Positions 47,014 to 57,018 are shown, counted from the first letter of the stretch. The stretch: DNA of 64,000 bases from Thiotrichaceae bacterium (GCA_026989335.1 JALSJN010000017.1:22767-86766), one strand, 5' to 3'. Notes: a model not told the origin generated them from the letters alone. Program-made: numbers and translations.

Positions 47014-48993
47014 CTAGTGAATAGAGCGTAAAGGCCCACCGCGGAAAGGCGCAAATCCAGTGCCAAAAATTACCCCAGCATCCAGCAAATCAGCATCTTC
47101 AACTAAATTTTCATCAAGGCATTTTTGTGCCTCATCAGTAAGTTTGCTAATCAATCTATCTTCGAGTTGCAGTCTATCCCCTGACCAGGGTTGCTGTTTG
47201 CTGATAGTCTTTTTACCTTTGACCCATGTATAAAAGCCCTGTCCTGTTTTTTTGCCTAAGTGTCCACTCTCTACTGATTTATCCAGTGAAGTTGGGATAC
47301 TAACTCCAACGGTACTCGCAACAATTTTTCCAACATGTAAGCAAATATCCAAGCCTACCGTATCGGCAAGTTCTAGAGGCCCCATTGGCATGCCGTATTC
47401 TGTGGCAGCGTTATCCACAACGGTGACCGGTATGCCTTCTTGATGCGCAATCACCCCTTCCAAAATATAGGGCATTAAAATACGGTTGATTAAAAAACCG
47501 GGTGAGCTTTTAACCGCTAAAGGTAGTTTATTGATATGAGAACTAAAGCTTTGAGCTCGATGAATAATGTCTGGATCTGTTTGGTCGGTCGTATGGGTGA
47601 CTTCAACTAAAGGCATTTTAATAACCGGGTTGAAAAAATGTAAACCCACGAGCCGTTCGGGTTGTTGCATGACTTTTGCAATATCCGTTAACACGATGCT
47701 GGAGGTGTTGGTAGCAAGAATAGCCTCAGGGCGAGCGCGTGATTCAAGGTCTTTGAATAGATTTTGTTTGGCTTTCAAATCTTCAAAAATTGCCTCAATG
47801 ATCACATCAGCTTTACTCACTCCATCACCGTTTAAATCAGGGAGCAAATTATCTTGTGCATGTCTAATTCGGAGTTTATCCTTTGGATAACGACGTTTAA
47901 ATGCGTTGTTGGCTCGCCCAACCAATTGGGCTAAGGCTTCGGCACGCGTGTCTTGCAAGGTAACGCGCAATCCTTGCATGGCACACCATATTGCAATATC
48001 ACCCCCCATTATGCCCGCACCGATAATGTGTACATGCTTGGGCGTGAATAAGGATTTATCACCGGAGGCTTTTAAACGGTTTTGTAAAAAGAATACACGT
48101 ACTAGATTTTGTGCAGTATCCGTTGCTACTAGTGTTGCGACAGAGTCAGCCTCGGCTTGGAACATAGCATCACTCTTACTACCATGAAACTCCCAAAGAT
48201 TGATTAGTGCATAGGGGGCAGGGTAGTGCTCTTGCTTGGCTTTGCTAGCGACTTGTTTGCGCATTTTCGTGGCAGCTATTTTTCGTAATAGGGGTGTTTC
48301 TAATAAACGTTGTAGTTTTGTTGTTTGTTGTTTGGGCGGTTGATCAAGTGTGGTTCTTAGCGCAGTGACTTCCAATTGACGACGGGCTACACACGCATCA
48401 ATCAATCCCATTTTTTTAGCTTGTCGAGGGAGTACATTACGCCCTGTCAACATTAATGGCATTGCCTTTAAAACCCCAATTTTACGAATTGAGCGTACCG
48501 TACCGCCAAATCCAGGGTGAATACCGAGTTTGATTTCAGGTAGTGAAAATTTGGTGGATGGTGCGTCATCAGCGACAATATAGTCGCAAGCCAAAGCCAG
48601 CTCTAAGCCACCACCCATGCAAAAACCTTTGACCATTGCCACCGTGGGTATGGGTAGGGATTCTATTTTTTGGCAAAGGTCTTGCCCTAATTTGATAAAG
48701 CTAAGTGCAAGTTTACGGTCAGCCTCACTATCAGTAATTCCTTGAAAACCTTTTACATCAGCACCGGCGACAAAGCCACTGGGCTTATTGGAGTAGATAA
48801 TTAAACCCTTGGTATTGCTGTTAATAATTTCGCTACATGCGCTTGAAAGCTCCTTGATAATATCGGGGTTTAGCACATTGGTTGAAGCACCGTTTAAGTC
48901 AAGCGCTAGCCAAGTGATATTATGATCATCCGTGTGGATTTTGAGGTGCGTGTAGTTGCCGTAAATACCGTTGTCGTTTGTTAAAGCGTTCAT
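47014..48993 (-). CDS. fadB: Fatty-acid oxidation complex alpha subunit (enoyl-CoA hydratase / 3-hydroxyacyl-CoA dehydrogenase, FadB/FadJ family)
   Basis: Crotonase motif GGGLELALACD, NAD Rossmann IIGAGIMGG, HFFNPV motif. ATG 48993 overlaps the thiolase stop (ATGA); the ORF track's longer start at 49038 would overlap the thiolase gene. Confidence 0.9.
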   Translation of the reverse strand: MNALTNDNGIYGNYTHLKIHTDDHNITWLALDLNGASTNVLNPDIIKELSSACSEIINSNTKGLIIYSNKPSGFVAGADVKGFQGITDSEADRKLALSFIKLGQDLCQKIESLPIPTVAMVKGFCMGGGLELALACDYIVADDAPSTKFSLPEIKLGIHPGFGGTVRSIRKIGVLKAMPLMLTGRNVLPRQAKKMGLIDACVARRQLEVTALRTTLDQPPKQQTTKLQRLLETPLLRKIAATKMRKQVASKAKQEHYPAPYALINLWEFHGSKSDAMFQAEADSVATLVATDTAQNLVRVFFLQNRLKASGDKSLFTPKHVHIIGAGIMGGDIAIWCAMQGLRVTLQDTRAEALAQLVGRANNAFKRRYPKDKLRIRHAQDNLLPDLNGDGVSKADVIIEAIFEDLKAKQNLFKDLESRARPEAILATNTSSIVLTDIAKVMQQPERLVGLHFFNPVIKMPLVEVTHTTDQTDPDIIHRAQSFSSHINKLPLAVKSSPGFLINRILMPYILEGVIAHQEGIPVTVVDNAATEYGMPMGPLELADTVGLDICLHVGKIVASTVGVSIPTSLDKSVESGHLGKKTGQGFYTWVKGKKTISKQQPWSGDRLQLEDRLISKLTDEAQKCLDENLVEDADLLDAGVIFGTGFAPFRGGPLRSIH

Positions 48994-50294
48994 ACCGTCT
49001 CCACCAACATTGAGCCACCTTGACCACCGCCAATGCATAAGCTGGCAATGCCTTGTTTGGCATGTTTGCGTTGTAATACATGGGCGAGATGCAGGACGAT
49101 TCTAACGCCACTTGCTCCGACAGGATGCCCTAGTGCAATAGCACCACCATCAATATTAAGTCTATCGTCAGGGATAAGCCCCATTGCTGTTTGCTGAGCT
49201 AAATTATTATTACAATAGTCTTTATCGTTTAATGCCATCACACAGCTTTGAACTTGGGCAGCAAAGGCTTCGTTAATTTCCCAGTAGTCAATATCAGCTA
49301 ACGCTATTTGATGATTAGTTAATGTTTTGCTAATCGCATGCGCCGGGCCTAAGCCCATTTGAGCGGGGTCTAAGCCAGCCCATTGTGCGGGATTAAGTTT
49401 GGCAATCGGTTTTAATTTATGCTGTTGGATAGCTTCTTCGCTGGCAAGAATAACGCTACAAGCACCATCAGTAATTTGAGAGCTATTTCCTGGGGTGACT
49501 TTGCCGTAAGGTTTATCAAAAAATGGTTTGAGTTTGGCAAGTTTTTCGAGCGAACTATCAGGGCGAACGCCATCATCTGTTTCGTAAGCCTTACCTTTGT
49601 GACTAAACAGAGCGGTGATTTCTTGTTGTATTACCCCGCTATCAATTGCAGCTTGTAATCGCAAGTGGCTTTGCACTGCATAAGCATCCATTTGAGCGCG
49701 TGAAATGTTGAAACGAAACGCTAACTCTTCAGCCGTTTGACCCATGTTCAGCCCCACCACAGGGTCAGTTAAACCACGAAGCAGGGCAATAATGGGCGAA
49801 AAGTAACGTCCTTTTAATGTGCTAAGCGTTTTGACTTTTTGACCTAGTGATTTTGCTTGGTTAAAGTTAGCCAGCCAATGCACCATATCCTCTGATAATA
49901 ATAGCGGTGCTTTGCTCATTGCATCAACTCCGCCAGCGAGTACTAAATTACTGTAACCGTGGGTGATATTGCGTACCGCGCTATCAATCGCTTGTAAGCC
50001 TGATGCACAATTGCGTTGTACGGTATGTGCGGTGAGTTGATCTCCACCACCTATGCGCAAAGCGATGATGCGCGCAATATTGGTTTCATCGGCAGAGGGC
50101 ATGACACAGCCATAAATTACTTCATCCAGATCACTAGCATCAAAAGGAAAACGGTTGATTAATGGCTTTGTTGCAGCTAATGCAAGGTCAGCTGCGCTGA
50201 ATAAACCCGGTCTGCCACGTGCTTTTAAAAATGGGGTACGCGCGCCATCGACAAGGTAGACAGGTCGGGCGTTTATTCTGTTGTGATTAACCAT
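48990..50294 (-). CDS. fadA: Acetyl-CoA C-acyltransferase (3-ketoacyl-CoA thiolase, FadA/FadI family)
   Basis: 434 aa. Active-site Cys context VQRNCASGLQA, and C-terminal NIDGGAIALGHP and CIGGGQG motifs. It has the FadI-like internal insertion, and the thiolase-first gene order resembles fadIJ. Confidence 0.9.
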   Translation of the reverse strand: MVNHNRINARPVYLVDGARTPFLKARGRPGLFSAADLALAATKPLINRFPFDASDLDEVIYGCVMPSADETNIARIIALRIGGGDQLTAHTVQRNCASGLQAIDSAVRNITHGYSNLVLAGGVDAMSKAPLLLSEDMVHWLANFNQAKSLGQKVKTLSTLKGRYFSPIIALLRGLTDPVVGLNMGQTAEELAFRFNISRAQMDAYAVQSHLRLQAAIDSGVIQQEITALFSHKGKAYETDDGVRPDSSLEKLAKLKPFFDKPYGKVTPGNSSQITDGACSVILASEEAIQQHKLKPIAKLNPAQWAGLDPAQMGLGPAHAISKTLTNHQIALADIDYWEINEAFAAQVQSCVMALNDKDYCNNNLAQQTAMGLIPDDRLNIDGGAIALGHPVGASGVRIVLHLAHVLQRKHAKQGIASLCIGGGQGGSMLVETV

Positions 50295-50301
50295 TTAAAA
50301 A

Positions 50302-52752
50302 TCAACCATGTTTAAACTCTTTGTCGCTAAAGTCATCAACGCGAATGGCATTGCGCATTGCTAGCCATAGTTTGTGTAATTGTTCACCTTCTGCTGTGCT
50401 GATTAATTTATTTTCTACAGCTTCATCAATTCGTTCGGTATGCATTCGGGCTTTTAACTGACCAGATTTGAAAATGGCTTTAAACTTTTTCTCAATAGCT
50501 TCAGATTCTATTGCGGTATTAAAGGCATCTTCAATGCGCCCCATGGCATCGTCAGGGTCGTCGGTAATATAGCAACCTTCGGTTAAACGATCTCGGGTTG
50601 ATGAAGGACGTAATGCTAATTTGGCAACTTCGTGGATTAAGGTGTCTGAAGGCGGTGAATAAGGTTTTCCAAAAGGGAACATTAAGGCACGTAAAATTTT
50701 TGCGACAGGTTTGAAAGGTAAATTATAAAAAACCGCTAGCATTGCTTGTTGTGCATCATGCATGGTTTGTTGACAAGCGAAATGTAATAACGGTAAGTCG
50801 GCTTCAGGCTCACCTTGGTTTTCAAAATGTTTAAGTGTGGCAGAGCATAAATACATGTTTGAGAGAATATCAGCAAAGCGCCCTGAAAGACGTTCTTTAC
50901 GTTTCAAGTTACCACCCAGAGTTAGCAAGGCATAATCAGATAATAATGCAAAACTTGCACTTAGTCGGGTTAGGCTACGGTAGTATTTTCTTGTGAGCGG
51001 TGTTCCTGCAGTTTCAAATATAGCATTAGTCAAGCCAAACCAAGTACTGCGTGACAGGTTACTGATAACAAAACCACCATGAGCAAACAGTGCCTTGTCT
51101 AAAGCCTCGACATTATTGTCTTGCGTAGCTTTCATTTCATCCAGTAAATAGGGGTGACAACGAATCGCACCTTGCCCAAATACAATTAAAGATCGGGTTA
51201 AAATATTGGCGCCCTCTACAGTAATTGCTACTGGAATTGCTTGATAGCCACGTCCTATAAAGTTGGAAGGCCCAAGGCAAATGCCAGATCCACCTTGTAT
51301 ATCCATCGCATCATTGGTTATTTTACGCATTCGCTCAGTTAAAGAGTATTTAAGCAAAGCAGTTATAACCGCAGGGCGCTGGCCTTGATCAAGCGCAGTA
51401 ACCGTAAGGCGGCGCGCTGCATCCATTAAATAAGTGTTGCCCAGCATATGTGCGAGTGGTTCTTCAATGCCTTCAAATTGACCAATGGGTACACCAAATT
51501 GCTTGCGTACCCGTGCGTAAGCCCCAGTGTAACGTGTTGCAATTTTTGCTGCACCTGTTGAAAGTGCAGGGAGCGAAATTCCGCGCCCCTCACCTAAACA
51601 TTCCACCAACATGCGCCAACCTTTACCGACATTATCGACCCCCCCGATTAACCAATCCATTGGTATAAATACATCAGTTCCCCAGTTAGGACCATTCTGG
51701 AAAGGGTTATTAAGTGGAAAATGACGGCGTCCAATATCAATACCATCCGTATTGGTGGGGATTAAAGCGACGGTTATACCAATGTGATCTCCGTCTTTTT
51801 GCAAATTATAAAACGCATCTTTATTATGAAATGCGTCTTCTGTTAAAAGATTGTCAGGGTCGTAAAGTTGAAAAGCCAAGCCAAGTAAAGAGGCTATAGG
51901 GCCGAGCGTAATATAACGCTTTTCCCAGTTAAGGCGGATACCCAACACGTCTTTTTTACCCTTGAAGTCTTGGCGACAAACAATGCCAACATCAGGAATA
52001 GAGCCAGCATCACTGCCAGCTTCGGGTCCCGTCAGCGCAAAGCAGGGGATATCTTTACCCACGGCAAGACGGGGAAGGTAATAATCTTTTTGCTCTTGCG
52101 TGCCGTATTTCATTAATAACTCACCCGGTCCGAGTGAATTAGGCACCATAATAGTGACGGCTGCAGTGATGCTACGCCCTGATATTTTCATCACAACTTC
52201 AGAATGTGCGCGTGCAGAGAAACCATGTCCGCCGTATTCAGTAGGAATAATCATGCCAAAAAAGCGCTGCTCTTTAATGAAGTCCCAAACCGTTTCGGGT
52301 AAATCTTGTAACTCATGGGTGATTTGCCAATCATCTAACATGCCGCAAAGTTGTTCAACAGGGCCATCAATAAAGGCTTGTTCTTCTGTTGAGAGCGTAC
52401 TCATGGATAAATCACGCAAACGTGCCCAATCAGGTTTGCCTGAGAATAATTCAGCATCCCACCAAACGTTGCCACCATCAAGAGCCTCTTGTTCTGTGCG
52501 AGAAATTTTAGGCAAGTTTGCTTTTAATAGCTTCATAGCTGGTTTGCTAATGAGATTTTGTCTTAAGCTGGGCAGGTTAATCAGTGTTACGCCCAGTAAC
52601 ACGGGAATCCATAACAACCAAAATAAACCAGAATGTGAGAAAAAAGCACTAATAATTAGCCAAGTGCCAATCAGCCATGTGGCTTTGAGTAAGGGGTAGC
52701 GTAAGTAGCCAATAACACCGATAACAAGCAGTAGTAAAAGCAGCCAGATCAT
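50302..52752 (-). CDS. fadE: Acyl-CoA dehydrogenase FadE
   Basis: 816 aa. It is colinear with E. coli FadE (from memory) over the full length: N-terminal TM region, WWD..LF.GKPDW, IPCFALTGPEAGSDAG, GWRMLVECL, VEGANILTRS. Confidence 0.93.
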   Translation of the reverse strand: MIWLLLLLLVIGVIGYLRYPLLKATWLIGTWLIISAFFSHSGLFWLLWIPVLLGVTLINLPSLRQNLISKPAMKLLKANLPKISRTEQEALDGGNVWWDAELFSGKPDWARLRDLSMSTLSTEEQAFIDGPVEQLCGMLDDWQITHELQDLPETVWDFIKEQRFFGMIIPTEYGGHGFSARAHSEVVMKISGRSITAAVTIMVPNSLGPGELLMKYGTQEQKDYYLPRLAVGKDIPCFALTGPEAGSDAGSIPDVGIVCRQDFKGKKDVLGIRLNWEKRYITLGPIASLLGLAFQLYDPDNLLTEDAFHNKDAFYNLQKDGDHIGITVALIPTNTDGIDIGRRHFPLNNPFQNGPNWGTDVFIPMDWLIGGVDNVGKGWRMLVECLGEGRGISLPALSTGAAKIATRYTGAYARVRKQFGVPIGQFEGIEEPLAHMLGNTYLMDAARRLTVTALDQGQRPAVITALLKYSLTERMRKITNDAMDIQGGSGICLGPSNFIGRGYQAIPVAITVEGANILTRSLIVFGQGAIRCHPYLLDEMKATQDNNVEALDKALFAHGGFVISNLSRSTWFGLTNAIFETAGTPLTRKYYRSLTRLSASFALLSDYALLTLGGNLKRKERLSGRFADILSNMYLCSATLKHFENQGEPEADLPLLHFACQQTMHDAQQAMLAVFYNLPFKPVAKILRALMFPFGKPYSPPSDTLIHEVAKLALRPSSTRDRLTEGCYITDDPDDAMGRIEDAFNTAIESEAIEKKFKAIFKSGQLKARMHTERIDEAVENKLISTAEGEQLHKLWLAMRNAIRVDDFSDKEFKHG

Positions 52753-52767
52753 TTTTTCACCTCATAT

Positions 52768-53694
52768 TTAATGACTTTTTAATAGTTTTTTCTTTAGCTT
52801 TTTAATTTTCTTTTGTAGTTTACGAACAACCTTATTTAGATCACTATCTACAAGTTTAGTAGAGTTTTGATTATTAGTAAGTTCTTCATTTAAACCATCC
52901 TCAACCCATGGTAAATCACCATAAAATGCCTTTTCTCGTTTGTGTTGAGAAATACGCCAAGCAGGAAATTTTAAAATATCAAAATAAGGCGAGTAGTCAA
53001 AATCAGCGGGTACAAATAAACGAAAGTTACGCTTATGAAATTTTACGCGGTCGTTTGTATCGGTTTTAATGGTCGGTAAAATAGGGTAGTTAACACTTTG
53101 AAAGCAACGGGCAATCATACTGGAGCAAACAATATTAGTTGGTCGCCCTGCATTGTGTTGAAAAAGAGAAGAGCGCCACCGTCGTGGTAAAATAGCGTAG
53201 GGAAACATAAAACGTGCTAAATCAAGTAGCTGCCGTACATCATAGTTCAGCCCTAAATGTTCAGTGGCAAAATTTAAGACTTTCTCTTGATCACTTCGAT
53301 TTAAGTTAGTGGGGCGACAAATCCTTAAATTATCTTCACTATAATGAGTAATTGGATTAATAATAGTGCCATAGCCAAGTAATGATTCAATCACTAGGGG
53401 TAAATCAGGGTCGCCTTGATAATGCCTCTTAACCAATGCCCGTGCCATAGGTTTTTTTAGATTTCGTTGTTTACCGATATAAAGGGCTGCATGTGTCCAC
53501 TGAGATAAAGTAATTATTTTAATGACCTCTCCTACACGAGACCGGCCTTCAAACAAAATCACATCAGCAGGGCGTATGCTTCCAAGCATTTGCTCAAAGT
53601 TATTAATCGCCTGTAAGTTTTGGTTGGACTTAGGAGCTTCATTCAGCCAGTGAGTAATTAGATTCCAAAGCCATTTGCTTACATTGCTAAACAC
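52768..53694 (-). CDS. YiiX-like permuted papain-fold (NlpC/P60-related) protein
   Basis: 308 aa. DVILFEG.......I......WTHAALYIG (His first), then ..IVCSSMIARCF (Cys later), suggests the permuted C92/YiiX arrangement. Lys-rich C-terminal tail. GTG start 4 nt after AGGAGG. Confidence 0.5.
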   Translation of the reverse strand: MFSNVSKWLWNLITHWLNEAPKSNQNLQAINNFEQMLGSIRPADVILFEGRSRVGEVIKIITLSQWTHAALYIGKQRNLKKPMARALVKRHYQGDPDLPLVIESLLGYGTIINPITHYSEDNLRICRPTNLNRSDQEKVLNFATEHLGLNYDVRQLLDLARFMFPYAILPRRWRSSLFQHNAGRPTNIVCSSMIARCFQSVNYPILPTIKTDTNDRVKFHKRNFRLFVPADFDYSPYFDILKFPAWRISQHKREKAFYGDLPWVEDGLNEELTNNQNSTKLVDSDLNKVVRKLQKKIKKLKKKLLKSH

Positions 53695-53780
53695 ACATCC
53701 TCCTATGTTTACTTTAATCTTAGTATAGAAACGTGTTATTTACCTGATTGGATGATTGACTTTAAGTTAATGTTAAACAA

Positions 53781-53814
53781 TTATTATATTATTATATTAT
53801 TATATTATTATATT
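53781..53814. repeat. 8-bp tandem repeat (TTATTATA)x4.25
   Basis: Read directly, in the long spacer between the YiiX-like gene and rplM. Confidence 0.9.
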
Positions 53815-53861
53815 CAGTTAGTAGCTGAATAAACCTCCATCCTCCTTTGGTGGTATTTTGA

Positions 53862-53888
53862 AGCGACTCATTGAGTCGCTTTTTTTTA
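53862..53888 (+). terminator. Orphan plus-strand intrinsic terminator
   Basis: AGCGACTC-ATT-GAGTCGCT followed by T9. There is no annotated plus-strand gene upstream. Confidence 0.65.
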
Positions 53889-54276
53889 TTTAAAAAGTTA
53901 GCATAATCATGCTAGGTAATTATCCATACTCCTTAGTTAGAAAACACGGCAATAGGACAAGTCTTGACTCCATAAAGCATCCAAAAAGCTACGCATAATC
54001 GAATTTTTACTTTAAATATCTAAGCGGTAAGTTTACTAAACCTCCGGTTAGCCTACGGATGAAACGTCTATTTTGAAATAACTCCGCGTAAACTAAAAGA
54101 GTGAAACATAAAGTCTTGCACTTAGGTTCGCGTTTCTATCTAGGGATCAGGGACTATCTTTTCTCATTAAGTAAAGACATTGTACTAAAAAGTATTTTAA
54201 TTATTTTCATTTAAATGAAAGTACTGCTTGAATCACGGCTTAGATTCTCATAAAATGCCACGTCCTTTGGATAGGC

Positions 54277-54305
54277 TTGCTGTTCACCTATTCAAAATAT
54301 ATAAT
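54277..54305 (+). promoter_or_regulatory. Candidate sigma70 promoter of rplM-rpsI
   Basis: TTGCTG (54277-54282), a 17-nt spacer, then TATAAT (54300-54305), ~85 nt upstream of the rplM ATG. Confidence 0.4.
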
Positions 54306-54391
54306 ATGATTAATAAAATACAATAAGATTGTAGTTATTAAAATCGTTACTTGTAGTTGTTTAATAGTAACTACAGTCTGGAGAGTTAAAA

Positions 54392-54832
54392 ATGGGTACT
54401 ACTGTTAGTGCAAAACCTGCTGAAGTAAAGCGTGATTGGTTTGTTGTTGATGCAGAGGGTCAAACGCTGGGTCGTTTAGCCAGTGAGGTTGCATCTCGCT
54501 TACGTGGCAAGCATAAGCCAACTTATACGCCACACGTAGATACGGGTGATTACATTGTTATTATTAATGCTGAAAAAATCCGTGTATCAGGTAATAAAGC
54601 AAAAGATAAAATGTACTACAGGCATACAGGTTACATCGGTAACTTAAAATCAACCAATTTTGAGAAAATGCTTGAAGATCAGCCTGAGCGTGTTTTTGAA
54701 CTTGCGGTTAAAGGTATGTTACCCAAAGGTCCGTTAGGTCGTGAGATGTACCGCAAATTAAAAGTATACGCAGGGGGCGAGCATAATCACCATGCTCAGC
54801 AACCTATAGCATTAGAATTGAAGGGATATTAA
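54392..54832 (+). CDS. rplM: 50S ribosomal protein L13
   Basis: 146 aa. ..W.V.DA.GQ.LGRLAS.VA..LRGKHKP.YTPH.D.GD. Confidence 0.97.
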   Translation: MGTTVSAKPAEVKRDWFVVDAEGQTLGRLASEVASRLRGKHKPTYTPHVDTGDYIVIINAEKIRVSGNKAKDKMYYRHTGYIGNLKSTNFEKMLEDQPERVFELAVKGMLPKGPLGREMYRKLKVYAGGEHNHHAQQPIALELKGY

Positions 54833-54836
54833 GAGC

Positions 54837-55229
54837 ATGGCTACAGCAACCTATTACGGCACAGGCCGACGTAAAACATCAACAGCACGCGTATTTATGA
54901 GCAAAGGTAGTGGTAAAATCATGATCAACAAGCTACCACTTGAAGAGTACTTTGGTCGTGAAACAGCGCACATGATTCTAAAGCAGCCACTAGGAAATAC
55001 TGAAACAAGTGATCAATTTGACTTTGTGATTACCGTAAAAGGCGGCGGAGACAGCGGTCAAGCAGGCGCGATTCGTTTAGGTATCTCAAGAGCCTTATTA
55101 AAGTATGACGAAAGCCTTCGTGGTACGCTTAAAAAAGCAGGCTTCTTAACACGTGATGCACGTAAAGTTGAAAGAAAGAAAGTGGGTCTACATAAAGCAC
55201 GTAAAGCGACTCAGTTCTCAAAACGTTAA
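54837..55229 (+). CDS. rpsI: 30S ribosomal protein S9
   Basis: 130 aa. YYGTGRRK...ARV start and a ..KARK..QFSKR end. Confidence 0.97.
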   Translation: MATATYYGTGRRKTSTARVFMSKGSGKIMINKLPLEEYFGRETAHMILKQPLGNTETSDQFDFVITVKGGGDSGQAGAIRLGISRALLKYDESLRGTLKKAGFLTRDARKVERKKVGLHKARKATQFSKR

Positions 55230-55245
55230 AAATAGCATTTCATTT

Positions 55246-55277
55246 AAAAAAACCACTGCAAGTCAGTGGTTTTTTTT
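55246..55277 (+). terminator. Intrinsic terminator after rpsI
   Basis: A7-CCACTG-CAAGT-CAGTGG-T8. Confidence 0.8.
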
Positions 55278-55614
55278 GTCTAAAAAAAATGCTTAATCTA
55301 TGAATTTGTTATTTTAAAAGTGACAAATGACAAACTATTTTAATTTATATTGGAATGTGTGGTAAAAAGAGTACAGTGTTTTTTTGTGGGTAGAGTAAGA
55401 TATATGGTCGTTATAAGGAAATTCTTTCTGCTTAATTTAAATTTATTAAAACAAATTCCTATTTTGTTGTTGCATTTTTACAACAAGCCCCTATACTTTT
55501 AATCACTTCTGCATAGAGTGTTGCAGGATAGCTAAACAGATGTTATTTTTGGAGAAGACATCAAGTTTGGAATTTTTATTATTATAGGCAAAAGCCTATT
55601 TAAAGGAGTCAAAA

Positions 55615-56538
55615 ATGAAAAAATTACTCGCAATCGCAGTAGCCGCTGCAATTACAGTACCAATGGCAGCTTCTGCTGATACTAAAGTGTATGGTCAAGC
55701 CCATATGACTTTATCAGATGATGATACTAAAGATGCTAACGGTAACGCATCAGGTTGGAACGTTAGTTCTAGAAGTTCACGTATTGGAATGAAAGGTTCT
55801 AATGCAATGGATAATGGACTTTCACTAACCCATAAAATCGAAATGGATGTTGACGGACTAGTTGATGATAAAGATGGAAATGGTAAAGCTCCAATTCAAG
55901 CACGAGATTCTTGGTTAGGTCTAAAAAGTGGTTTTGGTGAAGTTCGTGTAGGTCGTCATACATTACCTGATCTTATTGGTTCAGGCCCTGCTAACTTTAT
56001 GACTTGGGGTACTTATGACTACCTGTTAGATGGTAAATATCGTGTACCTAATGCACTAGCTTACATAAACAAGTTTGGAAACGTCGGTTTTGCAGTTGCT
56101 CAAACTATTGGTAATGAGAAAAATGCAACTGATAGCGCAACTGACTTTATGGTTAACTATTCAGCAGGCCCTCTTTACGCATCTGTTGGTGCGCTAATGC
56201 CAAAAGATCATAAGCCAGGTGCAAAAGTTGCTCTTGCTTATAAAGGTGCTAACTACGGTATTGGTCTAGTTGCGGGTAAGAAAGTAATTAGTGATGCAGA
56301 TGATACTGCTGGTAAAACTGCTGAGTCATTTACTTCTTTATCAGGTAAATACAGCTTTGGGAAAGCTTACTTTGCAGCTCAAGTATCTAAAGAAAAAGAG
56401 TCTGAGGTAAGTGATAATATACTCGAGTTAGGGTATGGCTTAGGTAAAGGTTCAAAAGTTTATTTTGAGCATGCTCAACTTGGAACAAGTGCGACTAAAG
56501 TAAAAACTAATACTCTTGGTTTTCAACACAACTTCTAA
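55615..56538 (+). CDS. Outer-membrane porin (Gram-negative general porin-like)
   Basis: 307 aa. Signal peptide MKKLLAIAVAAAITVPMAASA, start DTKVYGQAHM, beta-strand periodicity, C-terminal ..LGFQHNF. Confidence 0.75.
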   Translation: MKKLLAIAVAAAITVPMAASADTKVYGQAHMTLSDDDTKDANGNASGWNVSSRSSRIGMKGSNAMDNGLSLTHKIEMDVDGLVDDKDGNGKAPIQARDSWLGLKSGFGEVRVGRHTLPDLIGSGPANFMTWGTYDYLLDGKYRVPNALAYINKFGNVGFAVAQTIGNEKNATDSATDFMVNYSAGPLYASVGALMPKDHKPGAKVALAYKGANYGIGLVAGKKVISDADDTAGKTAESFTSLSGKYSFGKAYFAAQVSKEKESEVSDNILELGYGLGKGSKVYFEHAQLGTSATKVKTNTLGFQHNF

Positions 56539-56569
56539 TCTTTTTTTGATATAGATTAGAGGTGATGTA

Positions 56570-56598
56570 AAGGGCTTCCAATTGGAAGCCCTTTTTTT
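56570..56598 (+). terminator. Intrinsic terminator after the porin gene
   Basis: GGGCTTCC-AATT-GGAAGCCC followed by T7. Confidence 0.8.
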
Positions 56599-56652
56599 AT
56601 ACGTGGAGTTTGTTCATTGTAAATTCAGTATGGATGCGTTAAAATCACGACC

Positions 56653-57018
56653 ATGAGGCACATAACTGCACAACTTCTTATACTATTCGTACTATTTACC
56701 CATAGTACTATGGCGATGGATGTACATCTTCCGCATGCAGTTGATCAGTCTATAACTATAGATACTTTGCATTCTTTGCACAGTGATCCTGTTGATAAAT
56801 CATTAATACTCACTCAAGAATTAATCAAAACCGATAACGCACAGTCTTCGTGTGCAGACGCTAGTAGTCATTGTTCGCATAATCAAGCTCATTCTACCGG
56901 TTTGTTGGCTATTGCTACTATAATTACTGCTAATGTTGATTCTGTGTCACTTAGTTATATAAATCAAAAAGGTATTCTTAATACCCAAGCCCCACCTGTA
57001 CGCCCTCCTAAAGCCTAA
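56653..57018 (+). CDS. Small exported His/Cys-containing protein (possibly CzcI-like)
   Basis: 121 aa. Signal-like N-terminus, HLPH, HSLHSDP and CADASSHCSHNQAHS segments, C-terminal PPVRPPKA. It sits directly upstream of czcCBA. Confidence 0.4.
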   Translation: MRHITAQLLILFVLFTHSTMAMDVHLPHAVDQSITIDTLHSLHSDPVDKSLILTQELIKTDNAQSSCADASSHCSHNQAHSTGLLAIATIITANVDSVSLSYINQKGILNTQAPPVRPPKA

